64,000 nucleotides of DNA, from positions 40,832 through 104,831 of the forward strand of contig JANQHR010000126.1 in assembly GCA_028282585.1 (NCBI GenBank), read 5' to 3'. This document shows, in pieces, positions 28,571 through 38,548 of this stretch. The notes under the pieces are model-generated. The model was not told the DNA's origin. It made no database searches and worked only from the letters and a program-made list of their open reading frames with translations. This DNA is from Bacteroidales bacterium (GTDB lineage: Bacteria; Bacteroidota; Bacteroidia; Bacteroidales; UBA12077). Every line of letters starts with the position of its first letter. The first letter of the stretch is position 1. The translations under genes were made by a program, and so were the position numbers.

Positions 28571-29410
28571 TTATTTTTTTCTATATGCCTGACCTTTTTT
28601 TTCAAATTTTGAAGTTATTTCACCCAGCATAGTCTCGTGCATTCCAAGAACTAAATACCCATTCGTATAAAGATGATCGTGAAAAAGTTTAAATACCTTG
28701 TTTTGTAAACTGTATTTAAAATAAATAATAACATTTCTGCATAAAATCAGATCAAATTTTGCAAAGTACAAATTCCCTCCCTGAACTAAATCATGTTGTC
28801 TGAAAATAGGTTTTTGCCTAAGGAAGTCATTCATCTGGATTGAATCCGATACCTTATCAATTTTAAAATATTTTGAATAAGGTACGTCATTATATTCCTC
28901 ATAATTATAAGGATTTTCTTTAATTACTTTGTCAAAATTGTCGAGGTACCCAATGTTAAAACGATATTTGTAATTTCCTTTTTTAGCAGCATTAAGGGCA
29001 TCAGTATTTAAATCACTCGCAAATATTTTTGCTTTATCTAAAAGTTCGAGTTCATTTAGTAAGATCATCATGGAATAAACTTCTTGACCAGTTGAGCATC
29101 CTGCATGCCAAATATTAATATTTCTGTTTTCAGAAAATTTCGGTAAAATCCTATATCGTAAAGTTTGCCAAATTTGAGGATCTCTGAAAAGTTCAGTAGT
29201 ATTTACTGTAATATCTTTTACAGTTTGTTCCAGAAATTCTTTATTTGTTTTTAATTTGTTGATTAAAGTAACAAGATCAGAATTGTTATCAATAAGTATT
29301 TTTTGTAAACGTCGCTTAAGTGATTTTTCGGAATATTCACTAAAATCGTACCCAGAGGTATTTTTAATTGTATTTACAAAAAATTGAACTTCTTGATCTG
29401 ATAAAATCAT
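28571..29410 (-). CDS. cheR: CheR-type protein-glutamate methyltransferase
   Basis: GYDFSEY, TVNTTELFRD, IWHAGCSTGQEVYS, FDLILCRNVIIYF, GYLVLG. Confidence 0.92.
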   Translation of the reverse strand: MILSDQEVQFFVNTIKNTSGYDFSEYSEKSLKRRLQKILIDNNSDLVTLINKLKTNKEFLEQTVKDITVNTTELFRDPQIWQTLRYRILPKFSENRNINIWHAGCSTGQEVYSMMILLNELELLDKAKIFASDLNTDALNAAKKGNYKYRFNIGYLDNFDKVIKENPYNYEEYNDVPYSKYFKIDKVSDSIQMNDFLRQKPIFRQHDLVQGGNLYFAKFDLILCRNVIIYFKYSLQNKVFKLFHDHLYTNGYLVLGMHETMLGEITSKFEKKGQAYRKK

Positions 29411-29560
29411 TCTGAGTCTTCAATTAAATAATGATATACTTGATACGCTAATTTAGTAAAATAGTTTGTTTTGAATGTGCAAAAATAACCAATAAACTTA
29501 TATCCAAAAATTAAGCATATTAAAATAAACTTAAATTCTATTAATTATTTATATAATAAT

Positions 29561-31228
29561 GTGTTAGAAAATATGATTTCAAATTTATCAAAACCTACTT
29601 TAGCAATCTATGGAATTAAAGATATAAAAAATTCCGGATATCCTGTATTTGCGCATGATCATAATATCTCTTTTTTTGATAAAGGAAGAATATTAAAATA
29701 TGTACAATTGGAAAGAGTTACACGAAAGAAATATGATAATTTGTTTGATAAAGAAATTCACGATTTGTTAAAATCAGAAAAACTTATTGACAAAGACTTT
29801 GATATTGTATTTGTAGATAATATTATTGGTAGAGCATTTATAAGTAGTGATGGAGAAATTCGTTTTGAAGCTCCTTTAAATAATGATTTAACTAATAGCT
29901 TGGAGAAAGGCAAATGTTGGTGGTACGGTAAAGAGAGAAATGCTTATGTTTTGAATCATGAATTAGCTCATATTTACAGTTGTTTACCTTTTTTTGGAAA
30001 TTTTAAAGAAAACAGCCTGTTGATTCATTTTGATGGTGGTGCTAGTCTAAGTAATTTTTCGACATGGATTTATAAAAATAATTCACTAAAAAAATTCCAA
30101 CATCATTGGGATTTAAAATATCTCTCATCATTATTTAATGCAAATGCGCTCGCATTTGCAATTATAGGAGCAAAAGAGTTTGACCAACATTCGGTTCCTG
30201 GTAAACTTATGGGTTTTGCTTCATACGGAGAATATTCAGTTGAACTAGAAAATTGGTTAATTGAAAACGATTATTTCCAGAATATTTGGGGTAAAAAATC
30301 AATTTTTTTTGAAAAAACTAAAAAAGATTGGAATATCGAATTAAATAGCTTTGATCAACACAATTCATTTTTACAAAATATTGCAGCTACTTTTCAGTAT
30401 ATTTTTCAGAGGGATTTCATAAAAAAGATAGAAGAATTACAGGTAAAGACTTCTACTAATTATCTTTATCTTTCGGGAGGTTCAGCATTAAACATTTTGG
30501 CCAATACTGAAATAATTAGCAAAGAAATTTTCAAGGAAGTTTATATCCCACCTTGCACAAATGATTCGGGCCTATCATTAGGAGCTGGAGCATTCATGGA
30601 GCACATGAAACATGGAAAAGTTAAAATTCATTCGCCTTATTTAAATAATTGGAACCTAAAAGAAATATTAGTTAAATACAGAAATGATGATATCTCGGAG
30701 GTTGTAAATCAGCTAATTAAGGGCAAGGTAATTGCTATATGTAATGGATTAGGAGAATCCGGACCAAGGGCTTTAGGAAATAGAAGTATTTTGGCTCTGG
30801 CAAATTCTAAAAAACTTGCTAAAAAAGTAAGCGAAGAGCACAAAAAAAGAGAATGGTACAGACCTGTAGCTCCCATAATGCTAGAAAAGAATGCAAAATA
30901 TTATACAGGATTAGACGAGATACATCATTTAAGTAAGTATATGCTGCTAGATTTTAAAGTTTTAGAAAATAAGATGAAAGAAATTGAAGGAGTTGTTCAT
31001 GTAGATGGAACATCAAGAATTCAAACCATATTTATTAGAGAGGAGAATCCATATATGTTTGATTTGTTAAAAGAATTAGATCAAAAATATGAAAAAAAAG
31101 CACTAATCAATACCTCATTTAATATTAAGGGAGAACCTATCGTACATTCAATCAAAGATGCATTGAGATCTGCCAGAAATATGAGGTTAGATGGGGTGGT
31201 TATTAATGGTAAATTACAAATGCTCTAG
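29561..31228 (+). CDS. O-carbamoyltransferase, NodU/CmcH/TobZ family
   Basis: HD, ER.TR.K, NHELAH, DGG, GKLMG.ASYG, SGGSALN, NDSG..LG, GPRALGNRS, KREWYRP.AP, HVDGTSR.QT, NTSFN..GEP. Confidence 0.9.
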   Translation: MLENMISNLSKPTLAIYGIKDIKNSGYPVFAHDHNISFFDKGRILKYVQLERVTRKKYDNLFDKEIHDLLKSEKLIDKDFDIVFVDNIIGRAFISSDGEIRFEAPLNNDLTNSLEKGKCWWYGKERNAYVLNHELAHIYSCLPFFGNFKENSLLIHFDGGASLSNFSTWIYKNNSLKKFQHHWDLKYLSSLFNANALAFAIIGAKEFDQHSVPGKLMGFASYGEYSVELENWLIENDYFQNIWGKKSIFFEKTKKDWNIELNSFDQHNSFLQNIAATFQYIFQRDFIKKIEELQVKTSTNYLYLSGGSALNILANTEIISKEIFKEVYIPPCTNDSGLSLGAGAFMEHMKHGKVKIHSPYLNNWNLKEILVKYRNDDISEVVNQLIKGKVIAICNGLGESGPRALGNRSILALANSKKLAKKVSEEHKKREWYRPVAPIMLEKNAKYYTGLDEIHHLSKYMLLDFKVLENKMKEIEGVVHVDGTSRIQTIFIREENPYMFDLLKELDQKYEKKALINTSFNIKGEPIVHSIKDALRSARNMRLDGVVINGKLQML

Positions 31229-31978
31229 CTAAAAGTTAAATCCAAAATTTATGAACATTGAATTTGTTGAAGGGTTCGTTACAATTGAAGCACGAACTGG
31301 CAATTGAAATGATTTTCTAATTTTAATATTTCTAGAAGCTGTTACACCGGCATTAATAATGCCAAATTTTTCCCCATAATAACTTTCAAAAGTGTTAAGC
31401 CCTACAAAAAGGTCAAGAGAGCTTTTGTCAACTTGTGTACTATAACCAAACTCCAAATATGTTGAGTAATAATTCTTATTTGTCTCGGGATTAATATCAT
31501 CGCCATAAACCATAGTTGCAACAAGAACTTCAAAGGGAAACTGGGTTGTACCACTAAAACTTAAATTCAATTCAATTGTGTGCTTAGTTGTATTTCTATC
31601 GTAATTGGTTATTTCATTACTAGTTTCAATGGAAGTTGGGCAGTAATAATCATAAATGGTAAATGAAAAATTCTTGTGATTATATGTATAATAAAGATCA
31701 ATCTCAGTATATTCACCATCTATGCTTTGTGCAAACCAAATTCCTGTTGTTGAATTGTTTCTGGTAATTTCAAACGAAGGTTTAAATGTAGGTACATTAC
31801 TAGTAGCACTACCGCGCCAAATATGCATAGTGCTAAAATCAAGATTAATATTTGTATTTAACAATTTGTTTTCTCCATTAGCAAAAACAACCTGCACAAT
31901 AAGGCTAATAAAAACCGTTAAAAAAAACTTATATAAAATGATACCTGATTTCATAAACCCCTTATTTTGAAGCCGCAA
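31229..31978 (-). CDS. Hypothetical outer-membrane beta-barrel protein
   Basis: Signal peptide, HIWRG, EIDLY, STYLEFGY, C-terminal FGFNF. Confidence 0.65.
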   Translation of the reverse strand: MRLQNKGFMKSGIILYKFFLTVFISLIVQVVFANGENKLLNTNINLDFSTMHIWRGSATSNVPTFKPSFEITRNNSTTGIWFAQSIDGEYTEIDLYYTYNHKNFSFTIYDYYCPTSIETSNEITNYDRNTTKHTIELNLSFSGTTQFPFEVLVATMVYGDDINPETNKNYYSTYLEFGYSTQVDKSSLDLFVGLNTFESYYGEKFGIINAGVTASRNIKIRKSFQLPVRASIVTNPSTNSMFINFGFNF

Positions 31979-32022
31979 ATGTATATAAAATCAGGTATAT
32001 TTTAATGCTTTATTGTTAAATT

Positions 32023-33075
32023 TTAATAAAATTTAAATTTCGATATAACAGCTTGATGATCAGAATATTTGAAGTCTTGATCTTTCACTTTTACATCAAT
32101 TGGGAATATGTTTGGTGACATCAAATAAAAATCTATAATAGGGGTAATTGTTTTTCCTTTTTCATAAGGAGTATTTAAATACCTATTTGTAGGAGTGTTT
32201 TTATCATATACCCATGTCCAATCTTTAGGTAAATAATCAGATTTTATTGGATTTAAAACAAAGCGTTTGGATGGAGAATTTTCTTTAATACCAGAATAAT
32301 TTACTTCAGGAGGATTTTGATTCCAATCACCTCCTACAATAATATAATTTCCTTTATTATACTCTTCAGTTAAGAACGTTTTGAGGTGCTCCATTTGTTG
32401 TTTTTTTAACGAACCATCATCATATGCTGAGTTATGCGTATTTATAATAATTAATTCCTTTTTATTACTTGTTGGAAACCGTTTTACTAAAAAACACCGG
32501 TCAAGCATAAATAATTTAATAGGCCATGAATAATTTCCCGGGAATGAATATCTGATGACAGTTTTAGGATTGTATTTAGAATAACTTACTAATCCTGATT
32601 TTACTCTACCTAACGGATTTGTTACTGGAGACGGAACGAATGTTACATCATAGTTTTTTCCTAAAAAGCTCTTAAAATTAGGCAAAATCAAATTGAAACT
32701 ATCGAGCTGGTTTAGATAATAGCTTCTTTTTGATTTAATATCAACTTCTTGCAAAAGTAAGAAATCTAGCGTGTCATTACTTTGTAATTCCGTTTTCACA
32801 AACTCGAAATTCTCATAAACATTCTTTTTTGATGTTCTTACCTGTTCTCCTCCATCATAAAAGAAATCCATATCATCACTTAATCCACAATAACCAATAT
32901 TCCAGATCATTATGCTAAGTTTACTGTTAACATCTATGGTATCCGGATTTTCTGATTTATATACAATTTCTGTAGGTGCGGGTTTATAATCTGAAAGTGT
33001 AGCATACAATACAAACAAAACAAAAAGAGTAATTACAACACTAATTATTTTTAGAATAAACTTTATGATTTTCAT
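32023..33075 (-). CDS. Endonuclease/exonuclease/phosphatase (EEP) family protein, membrane-anchored
   Basis: WNIGY, LQEVD, NTHNSA, GGDWNQ, PTNR, IDF, SDH motifs. Confidence 0.9.
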   Translation of the reverse strand: MKIIKFILKIISVVITLFVLFVLYATLSDYKPAPTEIVYKSENPDTIDVNSKLSIMIWNIGYCGLSDDMDFFYDGGEQVRTSKKNVYENFEFVKTELQSNDTLDFLLLQEVDIKSKRSYYLNQLDSFNLILPNFKSFLGKNYDVTFVPSPVTNPLGRVKSGLVSYSKYNPKTVIRYSFPGNYSWPIKLFMLDRCFLVKRFPTSNKKELIIINTHNSAYDDGSLKKQQMEHLKTFLTEEYNKGNYIIVGGDWNQNPPEVNYSGIKENSPSKRFVLNPIKSDYLPKDWTWVYDKNTPTNRYLNTPYEKGKTITPIIDFYLMSPNIFPIDVKVKDQDFKYSDHQAVISKFKFY

Positions 33076-33224
33076 AATAAATTATTTTGGTAGATGACTA
33101 AAATAAAAATTTTATTTAGTAAGCATTTAACCTGATGTATTAATAAATATTAAAATTTTCAATATTTATGAATTAGTTAGGTTAAAGTAGAATTTAATTA
33201 TTTGTTCAGGATATGAAATAATTA

Positions 33225-33232
33225 TATCTTTG
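33225..33232 (+). promoter_or_regulatory. Putative -7 promoter element of purQ
   Basis: TATCTTTG with an upstream TTTG. Confidence 0.5.
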
Positions 33233-33310
33233 AGAAGAAATTAAATTATCTGAACTGGTTTAATTTCCTGTATTTCAATTAATTTATCGTTTTATTCAAA
33301 AACCATTCAA

Positions 33311-34006
33311 ATGAAATTTGGAGTAGTTATTTTCCCAGGCTCAAATTGTGATCAGGACATGATTTATGTACTTCGTAATATTATGCAACAAGAAGTAGTG
33401 GAGCTTTGGCACAAAGATACTGATTTACAAGGTGTAGAGGCAATTGTTTTACCGGGAGGTTTTTCTTATGGAGATTATTTACGTTCCGGCGCTATCGCAC
33501 GTTACTCTCCAATTATGGAAAAAGTGATTGAGTTTGCAAACGATGGTGGTTTTGTGTTCGGAGTATGTAATGGATTCCAAATTCTTTGCGAATCTGGTTT
33601 ATTGCCTGGAGCACTTTTACATAATGATAATCAAAAGTTCATTTGCAAGAATATTTACATAGTGCCTGATAATGACACAAACACTATTACCGCAGTACTC
33701 GATAATCAAAAGCCTTTAAAGATTCCGATAGCACATGGCGAAGGAAGGTATTTTGCAAAAAAAGAGACCTTACAGGAAATGCGCCAAAACGGTCAAATTT
33801 TATTTAGATATTGTGATGAACATGGGGACATTTCATCAGAATCAAACCCAAATGGTTCTATTGAAAATATAGCGGGCGTTTGTAACGCGACAAAGAATGT
33901 GTTTGGAATGATGCCACATCCCGAAAGAGCGGCCGACGATGAATTAGGAAATACAGATGGAAGATTGATTTTCGAATCAATGATTTCAATTTTAGCTAGT
34001 AAGTAA
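33311..34006 (+). CDS. purQ: Phosphoribosylformylglycinamidine synthase glutaminase subunit
   Basis: FPGSNCD, PGGFSYGDYLRSGA, GVCNGFQIL, IAHGEG, GMMPHPER. Confidence 0.97.
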   Translation: MKFGVVIFPGSNCDQDMIYVLRNIMQQEVVELWHKDTDLQGVEAIVLPGGFSYGDYLRSGAIARYSPIMEKVIEFANDGGFVFGVCNGFQILCESGLLPGALLHNDNQKFICKNIYIVPDNDTNTITAVLDNQKPLKIPIAHGEGRYFAKKETLQEMRQNGQILFRYCDEHGDISSESNPNGSIENIAGVCNATKNVFGMMPHPERAADDELGNTDGRLIFESMISILASK

Positions 34007-34029
34007 GATTTAATAATAAAAATAGATGA

Positions 34030-34058
34030 GGCCCGGGAGTTATATTCTCGGGCTTTTT
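34030..34058 (+). terminator. Rho-independent terminator after purQ
   Basis: GCCCGGGAG...TTCTCGGGC stem followed by TTTTT. Confidence 0.75.
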
Positions 34059-34141
34059 GTTTAATATTCAAAAACAAATTGTAAATTGATTTGTTGGGTA
34101 ATAAATTCTTATATTTAACACTAATTTAAAACTGCATAATT

Positions 34142-34759
34142 ATGGATTTGAAACAAGCTGTCGAGAAAAGAGCTAGCATTCGCAATTTTACCGAAGAAAA
34201 AGTACCCGTTAAAGATTTAAAAGAAATGGTTAGAAGGGCAGGTTTGGCACCAAGCGTTAACAATAGCCAACCATGGAAATTCTATGTTGTAACTAACAAA
34301 GATGTTCTTACTAAAATGGCCATTAGGGTTAGTGAGAAGATTAAAGAGTTGCCTGCCAACAAATCTATAGCTTCAAAAAATGTTAAATCTCAGGTTGAAT
34401 GGTTTGCTACTTTTTTTGAAAACGCCCCAGCGGTTATAGTAATGACAATGGAAGATTATGAATCAGTATTGGAGAAGGGAGTTAATTTAAGCCATGATGA
34501 AATCAATAAATTACGAAACTTTCCTGATATGCAAAGTGCTGGTGCTGCAATTCAAAATATTTTATTATCTGCAGTTGATTTGGGTTACGGAGCTTGCTGG
34601 TTAAGCGCGCCTATGATGGCAAAAGAATCTTTGGAAAAGATTTTAGATATTGAAAGTCCGTATCATTTAATAGCATTTGTTGCCGTAGGGAAAGCATCAA
34701 GAGATTTACAACCGAGATCCAAAAAGCCTTTAGATGAAATATTTAAATTAATTGAATAA
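34142..34759 (+). CDS. Nitroreductase family protein
   Basis: RASIRNF, APSVNNSQPWKF, GAAIQNILLSA..LG.GACW. Confidence 0.92.
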   Translation: MDLKQAVEKRASIRNFTEEKVPVKDLKEMVRRAGLAPSVNNSQPWKFYVVTNKDVLTKMAIRVSEKIKELPANKSIASKNVKSQVEWFATFFENAPAVIVMTMEDYESVLEKGVNLSHDEINKLRNFPDMQSAGAAIQNILLSAVDLGYGACWLSAPMMAKESLEKILDIESPYHLIAFVAVGKASRDLQPRSKKPLDEIFKLIE

Positions 34760-35108
34760 TATGGTTTATAAAATTTACCACAACACCAGATGTAAAAAAA
34801 GTCGGGGGGGCTTGCTATATTTAGAAGAAAAAGGAATTCAACCAGAAATTTCAGAATATTTAAAAGATAAGCCTTTTACTGAAGAAACGCTGGCAAATCT
34901 TATTATTAAACTTAGAATTACACCACAAGATTTAATTAGAACACAGGAAACTGATTATAAACAAAACTACAAGGGTAAAGAGTTTTCCGATAAAGAATGG
35001 ATAAAAATTATGGTCGATAATCCAAAACTTATCCGCCGCCCAATCATTGAAAAAGGGGATAAAGCAGTACTTGGAGATATTGTAGAACATATTGATGCCT
35101 TGCTTTAA
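34752..35108 (+). CDS. ArsC/Spx/YffB family protein
   Basis: IYHNTRCKKSR, P.LIRRPII. Confidence 0.85.
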   Translation: MNNMVYKIYHNTRCKKSRGGLLYLEEKGIQPEISEYLKDKPFTEETLANLIIKLRITPQDLIRTQETDYKQNYKGKEFSDKEWIKIMVDNPKLIRRPIIEKGDKAVLGDIVEHIDALL

Positions 35109-35236
35109 TTTTTGTATCTTTTGAAATCCATTTTTCAGGTAATTTTAATTACCTGATATTTTATTAATCTAAATTACAAACCAGCCTGTCACCTGCCTGA
35201 CAGCAATCAGGGCAGACAGGCCTAAACTAAACAATT

Positions 35237-36853
35237 ATGCCTACTCCCGAATTTAATTATCAGGAACCTTTTCCAATTGGAAAAGATGAAACCGAATATT
35301 ATTTACTTACAAAAGATCATGTATCTGTTGCTGAGTTTGAAGGCGAAAAAATACTAAAAGTTGAACCCGAAGGATTAACAAAATTAGCGAATGCTGCACT
35401 TCGTGATACTTCATTCATGTTACGAAAAAACCATTTAGAGCAAGTGGCTGGAATTTTGCATGACCCTGAGGCAAGTGAAAATGATAAATTCGTAGCATTA
35501 ACCATGCTTCGTAATGCTGAAGTATCTGTAAAAGGTAAATTACCTTTTTGCCAGGATACAGGAACAGCCACAATTGTTGCAAAAAAAGGACAAAAGGTGT
35601 GGACCGGAGGTAAGGATGAAGAGGCTTTATCATTAGGAGTTTACAAAACTTATACTGAAGAATATTTACGTTATTCTCAAACTATCCCTTTGGATATGTA
35701 TAAGGAAAAAAATTCTGGAACCAACCTGCCCGCTCAAATTGATATTCATGCGACAAACGACGATGAGTATAAATTCCTTTTCATGGCAAAAGGAGGCGGC
35801 TCAGCAAATAAGACAGCTTTATATCAACAAACAAAAGCGTTATTAAATCCAGAGAAATTAGAAAGTTTCTTAGTTGAGAAACTTAAATCTTTAGGTACTG
35901 CGGCATGCCCTCCGTATCATGTTGCTTTTGTGGTTGGAGGAACTTCGGCTGAGGTTACTTTAAAAACAGTAAAATTAGCATCCGCCAAATACCTGGATAA
36001 TTTACCAACTGTAGGAAATGAAGCTGGACAGGCATTTCGAGATATTGAATTGGAAAAGAAAGTTCTGGATGCTTCCTATAAAGCTGGAATTGGTGCACAG
36101 TTTGGAGGAAAGTATTTAGCATTAGATATTAGAATAGTACGATTACCGAGACATGGAGCATCTTGCCCTGTAGGTATGGGAGTATCTTGTTCGGCAGACA
36201 GAAATATTAAAGCAAAAATCAATAAAGATGGTATCTGGGTAGAAAAAATGGAAGATAATCCAGGAAGATTAATTCCGGAGGAATTACGTAAACCAGACGA
36301 AAAAGGTGCAATTGTTATTGATCTTAATAAACCTATGAAGGAAATTTTAGCAGAGTTAACCAAGCATCCGGTTGGTCAGAGATTATCACTGAATGGAACC
36401 ATTATAGTTGGTCGTGATATTGCACATGCTAAGTTAAAAGAAAGAATCGAAAGTGGTGAAGGATTACCGCAATATATAAAAGACCATCCGATTTATTATG
36501 CAGGTCCGGCTAAAACTCCGGAAGGAATGCCATCAGGCTCCTTTGGGCCTACAACTGCGGGGCGTATGGACCCATATGTTGATTTATTCCAAAGCCATGG
36601 TGGAAGTATGATCATGATTGCGAAAGGTAACCGAAGCCAGGTTGTTACGGATGCTTGTAACAAGCACGGTGGATTTTATTTAGGAAGTATTGGAGGGCCG
36701 GCCGCAATTCTGGCACAGGAAAATATTACAAAGGTTGAGTTGCTTGAATATCCGGAATTAGGAATGGAAGCAATATACAAAATAGAAGTGAAAGATTTTC
36801 CAGCGTTTATCTTGGTTGATGACAAAGGAAACGATTTTTATAGTATGCCATAG
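35237..36853 (+). CDS. Class I (Fe-S) fumarate hydratase, FumA/FumB type
   Basis: [49 protein letters not shown]. Confidence 0.96.
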   Translation: MPTPEFNYQEPFPIGKDETEYYLLTKDHVSVAEFEGEKILKVEPEGLTKLANAALRDTSFMLRKNHLEQVAGILHDPEASENDKFVALTMLRNAEVSVKGKLPFCQDTGTATIVAKKGQKVWTGGKDEEALSLGVYKTYTEEYLRYSQTIPLDMYKEKNSGTNLPAQIDIHATNDDEYKFLFMAKGGGSANKTALYQQTKALLNPEKLESFLVEKLKSLGTAACPPYHVAFVVGGTSAEVTLKTVKLASAKYLDNLPTVGNEAGQAFRDIELEKKVLDASYKAGIGAQFGGKYLALDIRIVRLPRHGASCPVGMGVSCSADRNIKAKINKDGIWVEKMEDNPGRLIPEELRKPDEKGAIVIDLNKPMKEILAELTKHPVGQRLSLNGTIIVGRDIAHAKLKERIESGEGLPQYIKDHPIYYAGPAKTPEGMPSGSFGPTTAGRMDPYVDLFQSHGGSMIMIAKGNRSQVVTDACNKHGGFYLGSIGGPAAILAQENITKVELLEYPELGMEAIYKIEVKDFPAFILVDDKGNDFYSMP

Positions 36854-36878
36854 CTGTTAAATAAAGTAAATAATTAGT

Positions 36879-36909
36879 TAGCCTTCTGAATATTTCAGGA
36901 GGCTATTTT
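36879..36909 (+). terminator. Terminator after class I fumarase
   Basis: TAGCCTTCTGAA-TAT-TTCAGGAGGCTA stem plus TTTT. Confidence 0.75.
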
Positions 36910-36944
36910 ATTTAATTATGTACTTTTGTTAAGATTTTTAATTA

Positions 36945-37478
36945 ATGGGAATTCAAGATATCATATCAAAAGCATTCAAAGAACATTATGCATCTTTAAT
37001 TCTTTATGCACTGAAGTGGGTAAAGGATGAAGATATAGCCAAAGATATGATTCAAACTGTTTTTATAAATCTTTTAGAAAGGTCAGATAATAGCATAATT
37101 AAGGATTATCGCGCATATTTATTTCAATCTGTAAGAAACCAGTGTATTAATAATCTAAAAAAAAACTCTGGTAAAACTGATCAATTAGAAAAACCAGGGA
37201 TTAAAGAATATGGATATTTTAATGATCCTATTGAAGAGGCAGAATTTGAATCTTATGTTTTTAATTTAATTGATAAACTACCACCTGCAACACAAAATAT
37301 TTTTAAGCTAAACAGATTTGAAGGGTTGTCGAACCAAGAGATTGCCGATAAACTTAATATTTCAAAACGCACTGTAGAACTTCAAATAAGTAATGCATTA
37401 AAATTCCTTAGAGAAAAACTATTTGATCAGGATAATCAAGAATCAATGTATTCTCAATTTTTATTTTTGTTATTTTAA
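36945..37478 (+). CDS. ECF sigma-70 factor (Bacteroidota FecI-like)
   Basis: D.IQ.VF, YLFQSVRN, LP.....IF.L.RFEGLS..EIA..L.IS.RTVE. Confidence 0.92.
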   Translation: MGIQDIISKAFKEHYASLILYALKWVKDEDIAKDMIQTVFINLLERSDNSIIKDYRAYLFQSVRNQCINNLKKNSGKTDQLEKPGIKEYGYFNDPIEEAEFESYVFNLIDKLPPATQNIFKLNRFEGLSNQEIADKLNISKRTVELQISNALKFLREKLFDQDNQESMYSQFLFLLF

Positions 37479-37585
37479 TCTGATAATCAAAAATTTAAAG
37501 AAGTTCTATTAGATTTTGTATAATTTTTTTCAAAATCTAATATGTGTGAGTAGCTGATTTTTTGTCTTATAAAAAAGGCAACATT

Positions 37586-38548
37586 ATGGATAATCTTTAT
37601 TTATTAATTAAATATTATCAGAAAAGAGTTAATGCAGATGAAAAATTATTAATTGAAAACTGGCTTTCCGAATCAGATTCGAATAAGAAAAAATATGAGC
37701 AGTATATAGAAGTTTGGAATGCATCAAATAAAGTGAAGTTCTTAAAGAACATTAATTATGAGTCCGAATGGGAATATATAATAAACAAAGCTAAAGTTAA
37801 ACGGATTTCATTAAAGAAAACGTATGGATTTTGGTTACGAATTGCTGCTGTAATTGCGTTTATGCTTGGATCATACTGGATTTTGCAGGATAAACTATTT
37901 GAACAGAAATATTTGATGGTTCAAAACGATTCAAAAGATGAATTAAAATTAGTTACCCTTGAAGATGGAACGAAAGTTACGCTAAACTATCAGGCAAACT
38001 TCTATTACCCAAAACATTTCAAGAAAAAAAACAGGAAAGTTAAATTAGAAGGTAATGCTTTTTTCAGTGTAGCTAAAAATAAAGAAAAGCCTTTTTCTAT
38101 CGAAACCGAAATGACGTTAATCGAAGTTCTCGGAACTTCGTTCGATGTTCAGGCAGATCAAAAGAAAACCATAGTAACCGTTGCAACTGGAAAGGTTAGA
38201 GTCTTTAATAAATCAGATAAAAATATTTTTGTTGAATTAATACCAAATGAACAGGCCATTCAAGAAGGAGATGAAATTCAAAAAAACTTGATATATGGAG
38301 AAAACTATTTTGGTTCGAAAACAGGAAGTTTTAGGTTTAAAGATCATTCATTAATTGAGGTGATGAATATTCTGGAAAGACGTTTCCATTTTAATTATCA
38401 TTTTGAAAATGAAGATTTAAAATTGCGGGAGTTGACAGCTGATTTTAATGGTGAAACCCTTGATGATATTATTGAGATTATTCAATTAAGTTGCCAGGTA
38501 AGAATTAATCTTAAGTCAAATCAGTTAATTATTAGTGAAAATGAGTAG
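37586..38548 (+). CDS. FecR-family anti-sigma factor (start probably ATG 37586)
   Basis: W...S..N, TM helix, LEDGTKVTLN, LEGNAFFSV, VLGTSFDV. Confidence 0.92.
   Translation: MDNLYLLIKYYQKRVNADEKLLIENWLSESDSNKKKYEQYIEVWNASNKVKFLKNINYESEWEYIINKAKVKRISLKKTYGFWLRIAAVIAFMLGSYWILQDKLFEQKYLMVQNDSKDELKLVTLEDGTKVTLNYQANFYYPKHFKKKNRKVKLEGNAFFSVAKNKEKPFSIETEMTLIEVLGTSFDVQADQKKTIVTVATGKVRVFNKSDKNIFVELIPNEQAIQEGDEIQKNLIYGENYFGSKTGSFRFKDHSLIEVMNILERRFHFNYHFENEDLKLRELTADFNGETLDDIIEIIQLSCQVRINLKSNQLIISENE

Noticed and set aside
27156-29410. A flagellar chemotaxis operon
   Set aside because: No CheA, CheW, CheY, MCP or flagellar genes in the window.
34804-34810. G7 tract in the ArsC-like gene (and T9 at 10301-10309 in the sulfotransferase) as phase-variation sites
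   Set aside because: The tracts are short, both ORFs are in frame, and one sequence gives no evidence of length variation.
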